Source: Tricharina praecox (lineage: Eukaryota). Taken from it: DNA of 20,000 nucleotides. The DNA is taken from the NCBI RefSeq assembly GCF_024521635.1, contig NW_026250418.1, forward strand, positions 857,085 to 877,084, in the 5' to 3' direction. How positions within the stretch are numbered: the stretch's first letter is position 1; the number at the start of each line of letters is the position of its first letter. The notes under the pieces were generated by a model. That model saw only the letters and a list, made by a program, of their open reading frames with translations. It did not search any database and was not told where the DNA came from. The translations under genes were made by a program, and so were the position numbers. Of this stretch, positions 10,105 through 19,340 are shown piece by piece.

Positions 10105-12105
10105 ATGGCCTCCTCAAACCTCGACATGCTCCGCCTCGAACTTACTCAGACCCTGAGCAATGCGCTCGTTAGCATCCCGCAAGCATCCGAAACCGTCGAA
10201 GTACGAAACCCGGCAGCCTGGCTCAGGCTGATGAACTACCAATACCAAACGGCACAAAGAGACCTGCGCCAACTTTACCAAGCATGCGATCAGAAGTTCA
10301 ACGAAGAGGACTCCCGAATGCAGGAGATCAGAAGGAACTACGAACAACTCTGCAATGGGGTCAAGTATGTGTGCAACCTCTACGCTCACAATGCCGAAAT
10401 GAATACAGAATGACTTCGAACCGAGCTGTCAACGGTAGCGAACACGACACACGCCCTGAGCAGCGACGTATGGGCAGTCATTCGAGAACGTAACCAGAAA
10501 GACGAAAACAACCGCGAGCTGCAAAGCGCCGCAAACGCTCGGCTACAAGACGCAACCGTGTTCCTCGAAACAGCGCAAGTCGAACAACGCAGGGAGCAAG
10601 CGGTGTATAACCGCAACGTGGAAATATGGGCAGGGAAACAGGAAGAGAAGGCGGAATACCTCTACAAAGAGCAACAGCGAATCAAGAAAAAAATCGCTCG
10701 AGCGGAGAAAAAATTGAAGGTTGTAGAGGTAAGGAGAGGGAAGGCGAAGGAAAAGGCCCAGAGTGGGTGAACACCACCCCAAGAGGAGGATCGAGCAGAA
10801 AGATCAGCAACAAGAGAAACTCCGGCAGGTGTAGGAATGTCCCCTCCTCCTCCACCCCCAAGACGTCCGGTGACTAACCTTGGAGGTGATCCCTCGGATG
10901 AGGAACCATCAGATGATGACGATTCCATCCCCTTGCCGCGTCGTTCGCCGCCCCGTCACCGAAACGCTCTGCTACCAAGAGAAGACGACGAAGACGAAGA
11001 GAGTCGCTTCGCTCGGATCATCGCTGCTGCCGTCTCCGCATCGAACCCGAGGGCCATCAAGCTTAAAATGACAGAGCCCGAGCCGTTCGATGGCAAGCAA
11101 AGGACAGCCTTCCGTCCATGGTGGGACTCAGTCGAAGAATATCTTGAGTTCCACCAAGAGACAAACGAGCAGCAGAAGATAGCGTGGGTGGGATCTTGAC
11201 TGGAAGGAACAGCGGCAGAATGGCATCAGGCCCGTCGAAAAAGCCTAAGGCAGCTAGACTTGGAAGATACGTGGCAGGCGTACCAAGAGGCACTCAAGGA
11301 GGCGTACCGCGACACGCAGGAGGGAGCGAACGCATTAGGAATGATGTGGGCCCTTGAATACAAAGGAGACATCTAGGCTTACATGACCTCCTTCCGATCG
11401 CTCAACATGATCGCTCGCGCCACTGGCGAACCGCTACAAGACATAGTCAACCAGGCCATGACCACCGACATTGTCGGCATGTGCTTCAACCAGCACACCG
11501 AACCCTACGAAGATGATGAGGACTTCCTGCAAATGATGCTCAGGGCTGGCAACCATGTGGAACGACGGGACGCGCTGAAAAAGGCAAGGGCAATGAGGAA
11601 AGGGGGATCGGGTAGCCAGGGTTCCGGCGGCGACCGGAAGGGACCTGGCAACGGCCGGCAGGGCCAAGGAAAGGGCAGAGACCCCGGGGGCCGCAAGGAA
11701 AGCGGGGAGTCCCCGGAGGGCCGAAAGGCCAAGGAAGCAACAGCAGTCAGGAAGGGAAGGACAAGGGAAGGGGACATCTACGCGGGAGCAAAGGAGGCTC
11801 AGGTAGGGGTTCCTCAGAAGGAGATCGATGCCCACAAAGCATCCAAATGCGACTGTTGGCGTTGCGGATGAGATGGCAACCGAACCTTCCAATGCTACGC
11901 CAGGAAAACAGTCGCGGGTACCGAACTCCCGGAGAGTCCAAAGGTGTCGTCCGTGACAAAGAGAAAACGGGACACCCAGGATGCCGAACCCACTCGACCG
12001 AGGTCCAAGCAACACAAGGCTGCGGCGGTTGTGGTGGAGGATGAAGCAATGACGGAGGCACCTCCATTCTGGGAGAGGAATGAGAGCAACCTGGAGGATT
12101 TTTGA
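10105..12105 (+). pseudogene. gag: gag of family-B element, 666 codons with five in-frame stops
   Basis: ORFs at 10105, 10558, 10837 and 11383 share one frame, with stops at 10411, 10768, 11197, 11374 and 11869. Contains PEPFDG motif and degenerate knuckle CWRCG*DGNRTFQC. Confidence 0.8.
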
Positions 12106-12349
12106 GCGGCCCCAGCACTCCGCAGACTGGACGGCCAGGTGTATATATTTGCGGAACGAAGAGACCACGGCCTCAGGATATCGACAGCGAATCCAGAGAT
12201 AAGCGAAGACGAACGGACCAACCTATTTCTACGAGTCCAACAGCGCCGAGTGCCTCAGGGTGCGAGCCCCAAAAACCAGTCAGTGGACCACGACCAATCA
12301 TAGAAATGATGCTCCTCTGGTCTGAGCAGTAGCGACGACGGATCCGGGT
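12102..12349 (+). pseudogene. pol: Family-B pol start (left part, before insertion)
   Basis: -1 frame relative to gag after GGATTTT (12096-12102). Stop at 12330, then RRRIR continuing into the DTG protease beyond the insertion. Confidence 0.65.
12345..12349 (+). repeat. Left copy of 5-bp target-site duplication CGGGT
   Basis: Identical to 18850-18854. A single copy restores the protease frame (CGG GTA CTC CTC GAC ACA GGA). Confidence 0.92.
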
Positions 12350-12613
12350 TGTAATAAAGTACACTGGGAAAGTACTATACCACTCGACCAAAAGGTATTT
12401 TGATGGCTGATGGCCATCATCCCAGTAGCTACTTAAGGCCAGGATTTCTGAACTGTGACAGTATCCCCTCTTTAGGGGCTTACTCCAGGAAGCCTTCAAG
12501 TAGTTAACCCCCAATGAGTGATAATTCATGATAAGAGTCATGAACCGTCACTCACTGTAAGCCATGCAATTCCTGAACAACGCTGCAGCAGAGGAATGTA
12601 ACTGCTCACAGTG

Positions 12614-12688
12614 GGAATTGAACTCATGACCTTTGCAGCCATCAAACTGTAATAAAGTACACTGGGAAAGTACTATACCACTCGACCA
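12614..12688 (-). promoter_or_regulatory. Putative type-2 (tRNA-like) Pol III internal promoter
   Basis: A box TGGTCGAGTGG (12688-12678) and B box GAGTTCAATTCC (12625-12614), 52 nt apart. The B box is followed by a tRNA-3'-end-like CACTGTGAGCA. Confidence 0.65.
12636..12646 (-). promoter_or_regulatory. Self-priming primer-binding site of the mini-element
   Basis: Minus-strand TTTGATGGCTG just after the 5' LTR is exactly complementary to CAGCCATCAAA inside the LTR (12707-12697). Confidence 0.75.
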
Positions 12689-12762
12689 AAAGGTATTTTG
12701 ATGGCTGATGGCCATCATCCCAGTAGCTACTTAAGGCCAGGATTTCTGAACTGTGACAGTAG

Positions 12763-13272
12763 TGTAACGGCACGGTCGGGCAAGGCTCCAGGTAGCGAAG
12801 TCGGGCTCGGAATCGGGTTCTAGGTTCGGCAGAGACAAGACAGGTTCAGAGGACAAGGTGAGGCAGGGCTCAGTGCGGACGGCAACTGAGAACAGAGGCA
12901 GGGACAAGGACTACGGCGCAGACGGCAGCCGAGGCAAGGACAGAGGTAACAGTGATTGAATTAACAAGTTGTTGCGTGAAGAACTAAGTACAGAGGGGCA
13001 ACGGCCCGTTTATATAGGAAACCCTCCACTTCTTCTCGCAACCTGACAATAACCGTGGGCGTGTGCCAGACCCTGAGAAATCCACCTTGCCAGTACCCCG
13101 CTTCCGTGACTCATACCCTGCGCAGCCGCACTACCCCTGCTTACTGCACACAGCCCCAATTCCTCCGGCTCATTCCTGCATTGCCGCCCGCGCAGCCCCT
13201 TGCACTGCCCCCGCGCTGCCTTCCCACCCCTGTTCCGACTCTTCCTCAAACGTCCCGTCGCGAGCCGTGACA
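12763..13272 (-). repeat. 3' LTR of family-A element
   Basis: Direct repeat of 18340-18849 with one difference seen (13258 T vs 18835 C). TG..CA termini. Confidence 0.95.
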
Positions 13273-16200
13273 GTAGCCCCTCCTAAGGCTCGAGTTCCCA
13301 CGAGAGCAAGTTGAACTGGTCCAGGCTTCGTTGGGTACCGTTGGTGGAAGTCGTCCACTGCCTGTACGTCCACAAGGTTCTCCTCAGGTTCCCACGTCGG
13401 TGCCGTGAAACCCCTCCACTTGACTAGGTACTGGAGTCTTCCCCTCAGCGTTCTGCTGTCCAGCACTTCCTCCACCTCCCATTCTTCTTGGTCGTTCACA
13501 ATTACCGGTAACGGTGGCGGCAGGATCTGGCCGGGGAGGGGGTCGTCGGCCGATGCATGGAGGAGGGACACTGGGAAGGTGCGGTGCTTTTGGATGGTGT
13601 TCGGGATGTCCAGTTCGTATGCGTGGGTTCCGATGGCTCGGGTAATCCGATAGGGTCCGTGGTGTTTGTTTTCCAGTTTTCGGCTTGGCCGCTCCGTCCG
13701 CCAGTTTCGGCCGTCCACCCATACCATGTCTCCAGGCTGGAAGGCCGGTGCGGGGGTTCGGTGCCGGTCCGTGTTGTCCTGCTGCCGTGCTTGGGCGTAG
13801 CGCATCTCACTTCGGGCAACGTCGTGGATCTGTTGGAGTCGCTCTACCGCTGTCTGCGCCTGTCGCTCTTCGTTCGTGTCGGTTCGGATGTCAAGCTCGA
13901 AGTTGCAACGGGGGGTGGTAGCCTAGGTTAGCAAAAAACGGGGACAGGGTAGTGGTGTCGGATGTCTGGTTGTTGCCAGCGAACTCTGCTAAGAATAGGT
14001 AGTCGACCCAGTCGTCCTGCAGGTAGCTCACGTATGCCCGGAGGTGTTGTTCCATTACCGCATTCATCCTCTCTGTTTGACCGTCTGTCTGCGGGTGGAA
14101 CGCCGTGGAGAGCCGTGCGTCGATCTTGAGGCAAGAGCATAGATGTTTCCAAAATCGTGATGCAAACTGGGGGCCCCGGTCCGATACGATGGTGTCGGGT
14201 AGTCCGTGGTATCTGAAGATCCGATCGCAGAATAGTTCGGCGAGTCCCTCGGAGGTGATGGTCGTGTTGCAGGGGAGCAGGTGTCGTTGCTTGGTGAGGC
14301 GGTCCACAAATACGCAAATGGCATCGAATCCTTTTGAGGGAGGGAGTCCGGTTACGAAGTCGACGGATATATGTTGCCAGGGTTTCTCGGGTACTGGGAG
14401 TGGGCGGAGCACACCGTAGGGGGCGTGTCTTGTTGCTTTGGTTCGTCTGCAAGTGTGGCAGTTCCTCACGAATCGGTCAACGTCCGTCCGCATCTGGGGC
14501 CAGTAGTAGTTCCGGGCCAGGAGTTCCAAGGTTTTTGCTCTTCCGGGATGGCCCATAGCCGGCGGGTCGTGGTGGTCCTGGATCAGGCGAAGTCTGAGTG
14601 GGTCGTGTTCAGGAACGTAGAGGCAATCGCGGTAATGTAATTGTCCGTTGACTTCGCTGCAGTCGGCGAGCGAGATGTCCTTTGAGTGGCGTGTTCCGTT
14701 TCTGAGCAGTTGGAGGATCTTGTTCGGCACTGGATCTGCCTGATATGCTTCGTTTATCAGGGTAGAGAGTGCGGGACGGGGTACTTCCAACGGGTTGGTT
14801 GCTGACAATCTCAATTCTTCCGGCAGGTTTTGGGGCTTGAGGACTGCTTGTTGGTTCGCCAGCAGTCTTTCATCCCCCTCCTTAGGGAGGTCTCCGGACC
14901 TTCTTGTCAATGCATCCGGTTTCCCTCCTGCTTTACCAGGTCGATAGACGATTTTGAAGTCGAAACGGGACAGGAATTCCGACCATCGTGCTTGCCGGCG
15001 GTTGAGCAACTTGGTTGACATGAAGTATTCCAGGTTCTTGTGGTCGCTCAGGACTTGGATTGGGTGCGCGGCTCCTTCAAGGTGTGGTCTCCATTCTTCA
15101 AAGGCCCGAACAATCGCCAACAATTCTTTGTCGTAGATTTCGTAATTGCATTCCGCCGGGGAGTGTTTCTTTGAATAGAAGGCAACTGGATGCAAGATTC
15201 CATCGTCGTCGTACTGGGAGAGGATACCGGCCGATACGTAATCCGAGGCATCAGTTTCCACCACTATTTCTCGGTCGTAGTCGAAATGTCGGAGGATCGG
15301 GGCGCTAGTGAAGGCAGTCTTGAGAGTGTCGAAGGCTTGCTGTTGGTCAATACCCCATTCGAAGGGGACGTACTTCCCATTTTCCTTTTTTGTCATTGCC
15401 GTCAGGGGAGATACCACCTTAGAGTAGTCCTGGATAAAGCGTCGGTAGAAGTTTGCAAAGCCCAAGAAACATTGCACATCCGTTACCGTCGTCGGTTTTT
15501 CCCATTCGAGTACGCAAGAGACTTTGGCAGGATCCATTTTAATACCCTCCGTGGTTATGATCAGGCCCAGGTATTTGACCTCCGTCTGGTGGAAGTGGCA
15601 TTTCTCCGGTTTTAAGTGCAGTCCGGCCGATGAAAGGGCGCGTAGCACTTTGGTGACCTGTTTTTGGTGTTCTTCCAGTGACGCGCTGTAGATAAAGACG
15701 TCATCTAGGAAGGCGGTACAGAAGTCGTCCAGGAACGGTCGTAAAACGTCGTTGATCAGGGCTTGGAAGTCGGCTGGCGCATTGGTTAGCCCGAAAGGCA
15801 TTACCAATGATTCGAAAAGTCCGTAGCGGGTCCGGAAAGCCGTTTTCCATTCCTCCCCTTCTGCCATTCGTACCAGGTTGTAAGCACCGCGGATATCCAG
15901 TGTTGTAAAATACTTTGCACCGGACAGTCGCATCAAGGTTTCCTGGAGCAGGGGAAGTGGGTAGCGGTTCTTGATGGTTCCTTCGTTCAGGCCTCGATAG
16001 TCCACACACAGTCGCAAGGAGCCGTCCGATTTTTTGACAAACAGGATCGGTGATGCCGCTGGTGATGAGGACGCACGGATAAATCCCTTGCTCAGATTGT
16101 CGTCAAGCCATTCCTTGAGTGCGACCAGCTCGGTTTTCGAGAGCGAATAGAGGGGTCCGTAAGGGGGCACAAATCCTTCCTTTAGTGGGATCTTGTGGTC

Positions 16201-17122
16201 GTATTGCCGATGGGGGTGGTAGGTTCTGCGCCAACCTTTCGGAGAACAGGTGGAGAAATTCGTGATATTCGGGGGGAATGTGGGCGGTTGAGCTCTGTTT
16301 TTCTTCAGATAGAACTTCATTGATCTCCCTCAGGGTCGTGGTGAAGATGGTAAGGTTCTCCTTTCCTGCCATCTGCTGGAAAGACTTCATCCGGAGGGCT
16401 GAGATTCTGACCGTGGGTTTTCTCTGATTAGCATCCTGCTGGTGTTCATTGATCTGGGGAGACGTAACGTATCGGGCCACGATGTCGCCGGCCCCCGCGC
16501 TTACCGCTGGCTCCTCCAGAGCTACGTTTGGTGCGAGAGCGTAAGGTAGTTCCGGTGGGTCTGTAGTGATACCGTGGGCTACTGTGGGTACCGTATTGCA
16601 GTGTGCAGTGCAATATTGGGAACCAAAGGTGAGGGTGCGTGAGCTGAATCGGATGGCCACGTCGTGTAGGTCCATCCAGGGAATTCCGAGTACGATTGGG
16701 TAGTGCCCCAGTTTGGTGACGAACATCGGGAGTTCTTCATGGTGCTCTTGGATTGACAGGGTGGTGGTGGCAACGTGTGTGATGTCGCCGGACTCGATGG
16801 GGCGGCCGTCGATGACCTCAAGGGCGCGCGGGGATTCAAGGGGTACAAGGGGTAGGTTGTGATGGCGGGCGAAGTCCTTGTTCACAAAGGCGATTCCGGT
16901 TGCTCCACAATCGATCAGCGCATGCGTGGCAATGGTTTTGTCACCAAACGAAAGGTTACATAGTACAACGAGATGTTTTCCTTCCATTGATGATTCCTCC
17001 ACTACCATCCCAGACACTGACAAATTGGACAAACGATAATGAGTAGAAAAGGGAGAAAAAGACTTATCCTGGGTACGACCAACAACGGTGCCATCAAGCA
17101 GTTGTTGGTCTAGGCTTTTCCC
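13170..17122 (-). CDS. pol: Pol polyprotein (protease, RT, RNase H, integrase, chromodomain), split by two +1 homopolymer frameshifts
   Basis: ALIDCGATG protease; [18 protein letters not shown] and AFLDD RT; ETDAS and YDKELLAI RNase H; GHPG..CHTC, SDRGPQF and DGQTER integrase; GPY motif; [20 protein letters not shown] chromodomain. Shifts at 16212-16216 and 13910-13915. Confidence 0.93.
13273..13286 (-). promoter_or_regulatory. Polypurine tract of family-A element
   Basis: Minus-strand TTAGGAGGGGCTAC directly before the 3' LTR. Confidence 0.8.
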
Positions 17123-18300
17123 GACTGTCCTTGGTTGTCGCCACAATTCTGGTTGCAATTGTGGTATGGGTGGTCGGGGGTCAGGGTTCCTGGTTGCTCG
17201 TGCGTCAGCTGTGCAGCTGCGGCACGGAAAGGGTTCCGATTCTTGTTCGGGCAGTGTCGGGCCATGTGGCCACTGCCTCCACAGTATAGGCAGCGACCCT
17301 CGCGGAGACGCGCAGCTCGTTCTTGATCAGAGATCTTGCGACTGTTCGCGCTGAGGTCCATAGCCCCTGGGGCTGTTCCGGTTGCAGTGGTTGCCGGTGG
17401 TGTACTGTTATGCGTTTGATTCCTCGGCGGGGCTGGGGGTTGCGGGGTGGGGTTTTGTCGCGGGGGGTTGCGGCGGCCTTCACGGAGTTGGAGGGCACGT
17501 AGCTCGGAATCGAGGCTCTGGCAGAGAGCCACGAACTGGTTGTAGGTGAGTCCCTGAGTGCGGCCCACCAGTTGTCGGTGGAGCTCGATGGAGACTCCTT
17601 CGCGGAGTGCGTCGAGTTTGGCATGCTCGTCCCAGTTCAGCTTGGACACGAGTCTTTGAAACTCCGCAAAGTAAGACGTAAAGTCCTTGTTTCCTTGCTT
17701 GAGGCGGTGAAGTTCGGCGCGTGCGGTGGCTGCTGGGTCAGGATCGCCGAAGGCGTTTTCGAGGATGGTGACCATGGCATCGGCGTCGGTCAAGCTGATC
17801 ACGTTGTTCTGGATGTACGGCAGTATCTGGGCTTGGGCACGGCCTTCGAGACGGTTGAAGGTGTAGGCCATTCTGAGTGCTGGGGACGGGAAACGGGTAG
17901 GGTCGCTGTATAGTTTGAGTCGAAGCTGGGCAACGAACCCTTCGAGCTTCTCTCGAGTGCCATCGAACATGGCTGGCTCCGGGACGCGCTCGGCGCGGCC
18001 CTGAGGTTGGGTTTCTAGTGTGGCGAGACGGTTGGCGATACGACGGGAGTTGGCAAGTTGTTCTTCGAGGTCGTCTATTCGCCAGGTGGGTGCTGCTGTG
18101 GGGGATTGGGTGATTGCACGGGCTATGATTTGGAACTGGTTATACAACCCCGACAGTGTTGCATTGTCGGCGGGTGAGTCGTGGTTAACGATGATCTCGA
18201 GTTGTTCGTAGACAGTGGCGGGAATTTCTCGACAGTAGGGAGGTGCCACCAGTACTTCCTCCTGCTGGGGAGGGTCTGGTGCTGGGGTATTGGTGGCCAT
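17110..18300 (-). CDS. gag: Gag (396 aa)
   Basis: Intact ORF starting 40 nt after the 5' LTR, PEPAMFDG, LKQG, PGAMDL motifs and zinc knuckle CLYCGGSGHMARHC. Confidence 0.95.
   Translation of the reverse strand: MATNTPAPDPPQQEEVLVAPPYCREIPATVYEQLEIIVNHDSPADNATLSGLYNQFQIIARAITQSPTAAPTWRIDDLEEQLANSRRIANRLATLETQPQGRAERVPEPAMFDGTREKLEGFVAQLRLKLYSDPTRFPSPALRMAYTFNRLEGRAQAQILPYIQNNVISLTDADAMVTILENAFGDPDPAATARAELHRLKQGNKDFTSYFAEFQRLVSKLNWDEHAKLDALREGVSIELHRQLVGRTQGLTYNQFVALCQSLDSELRALQLREGRRNPPRQNPTPQPPAPPRNQTHNSTPPATTATGTAPGAMDLSANSRKISDQERAARLREGRCLYCGGSGHMARHCPNKNRNPFRAAAAQLTHEQPGTLTPDHPYHNCNQNCGDNQGQSGKA
17116..17122 (-). promoter_or_regulatory. -1 ribosomal frameshift heptamer G GGA AAA at the gag-pol overlap
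   Basis: X XXY YYZ pattern in the gag frame just before the gag stop. The -1 frame is the protease ORF. Confidence 0.75.
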
Positions 18301-18328
18301 GGTTCTTCGCTAGGTGGAGAGATGGGCG

Positions 18329-18337
18329 ACGCAACAA
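18329..18337 (-). promoter_or_regulatory. Self-priming PBS of family-A element
   Basis: Minus TTGTTGCGT begins after a 2-nt spacer following the 5' LTR and is complementary to ACGCAACAA at 18554-18546, about 32 nt downstream of TATATAAA (18593-18586). Confidence 0.8.
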
Positions 18338-18339
18338 AG

Positions 18340-18849
18340 TGTAACGGCACGGTCGGGCAAGGCTCCAGGTAGCGAAGTCGGGCTCGGAATCGGGTTCTAG
18401 GTTCGGCAGAGACAAGACAGGTTCAGAGGACAAGGTGAGGCAGGGCTCAGTGCGGACGGCAACTGAGAACAGAGGCAGGGACAAGGACTACGGCGCAGAC
18501 GGCAGCCGAGGCAAGGACAGAGGTAACAGTGATTGAATTAACAAGTTGTTGCGTGAAGAACTAAGTACAGAGGGGCAACGGCCCGTTTATATAGGAAACC
18601 CTCCACTTCTTCTCGCAACCTGACAATAACCGTGGGCGTGTGCCAGACCCTGAGAAATCCACCTTGCCAGTACCCCGCTTCCGTGACTCATACCCTGCGC
18701 AGCCGCACTACCCCTGCTTACTGCACACAGCCCCAATTCCTCCGGCTCATTCCTGCATTGCCGCCCGCGCAGCCCCTTGCACTGCCCCCGCGCTGCCTTC
18801 CCACCCCTGTTCCGACTCTTCCTCAAACGTCCCGCCGCGAGCCGTGACA
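18340..18849 (-). repeat. 5' LTR of family-A element
   Basis: 510-bp direct repeat of 12763-13272, contains TATATAAA. Confidence 0.95.
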
Positions 18850-18854
18850 CGGGT
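18850..18854 (+). repeat. Right copy of TSD CGGGT
   Basis: Identical to 12345-12349. Confidence 0.92.
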
Positions 18855-19340
18855 ACTCCTCGACACAGGATGTGCCATTCCGATCATCAAACGAAGCCTT
18901 GCACTAGAACTTGGGTTGCCCCTCATTCAACTGCCCAAGCCGGTGGAAATCAAGGACTTCCACAGAACCATAGTGGAAGGAGCCGGAGAATATTATACAA
19001 TGCCGATGCTCCTCCAACACCGGAGACACTACACCAACGAAACCTTCGAAGTGGCTCCCTTGGACGACTGCGATGCCTACCTCCCGTATTGGTGGATGGC
19101 TAAGCATGAACTGACAGGGTTCTGGGAGAATGAAGCACAGAGAATCCGCTTCACTAGCGCCCGATGCAAGGAACAATGCACCTTGCAACAAGCAACCAGC
19201 TTTCCGATGGAACTTGACACGTCTGTCGTTCACAATTCGGAGGCTCGCATTATCGGATACGTCTCAGCTGGCCCGGAATCAGATCCACCCATAAATCTGC
19301 TTCCGGAGAAGTTCAGACGAGATGCCAACATCATGAGCAA
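18855..19340 (+). pseudogene. pol: Family-B aspartic protease and linker (right part)
   Basis: LLDTGCAIPII..FEVAPL..AYLPYWWM..LLPEKFR, cut before RT at 19341. Confidence 0.8.

Larger units (their letters stand above)
12350..12758 (-). mobile_element. Non-autonomous miniature LTR retrotransposon (TRIM-like, 409 bp)
   Basis: Two identical 111-bp TG..CA LTRs (12350-12460, 12648-12758), 187-bp non-coding interior, polypurine tract TAAAGAGGGGATAC (minus, 12474-12461) before the 3' LTR, primer-binding site after the 5' LTR. Confidence 0.9.
12763..18849 (-). mobile_element. Full-length chromodomain Ty3/Gypsy LTR retrotransposon (chromovirus, Tf1/sushi-type; family A)
   Basis: 510-bp LTRs, gag with CCHC, domain order PR-RT-RH-IN-chromodomain, PPT and self-complementary PBS. 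Confidence 0.97.
9375..19340 (+). mobile_element. Degenerate Ty3/Gypsy-like element (family B), interrupted by the 12350-18849 insertion and again at 19341
   Basis: LTR-like region, gag with stops, GGATTTT slippery site, and a protease that is rejoined when the insert is removed (RRRIRVLLDTGCAIPII). Confidence 0.8.

Noticed and set aside
11434..12168. 244-aa minus-strand ORF and other antisense ORFs within the TEs
   Set aside because: Shadow frames of GC-rich gag/pol with no motifs.
12600..12695. Functional tRNA gene
   Set aside because: A and B boxes are present, but I cannot form an acceptor stem or anticodon arm, the T stem has mismatches, and the region spans an LTR boundary.
8824..12758. 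Three 111-bp repeats as a CRISPR-like array
   Set aside because: Eukaryotic context, repeats too long and irregularly spaced, TG..CA ends with PBS and PPT, and no cas genes.
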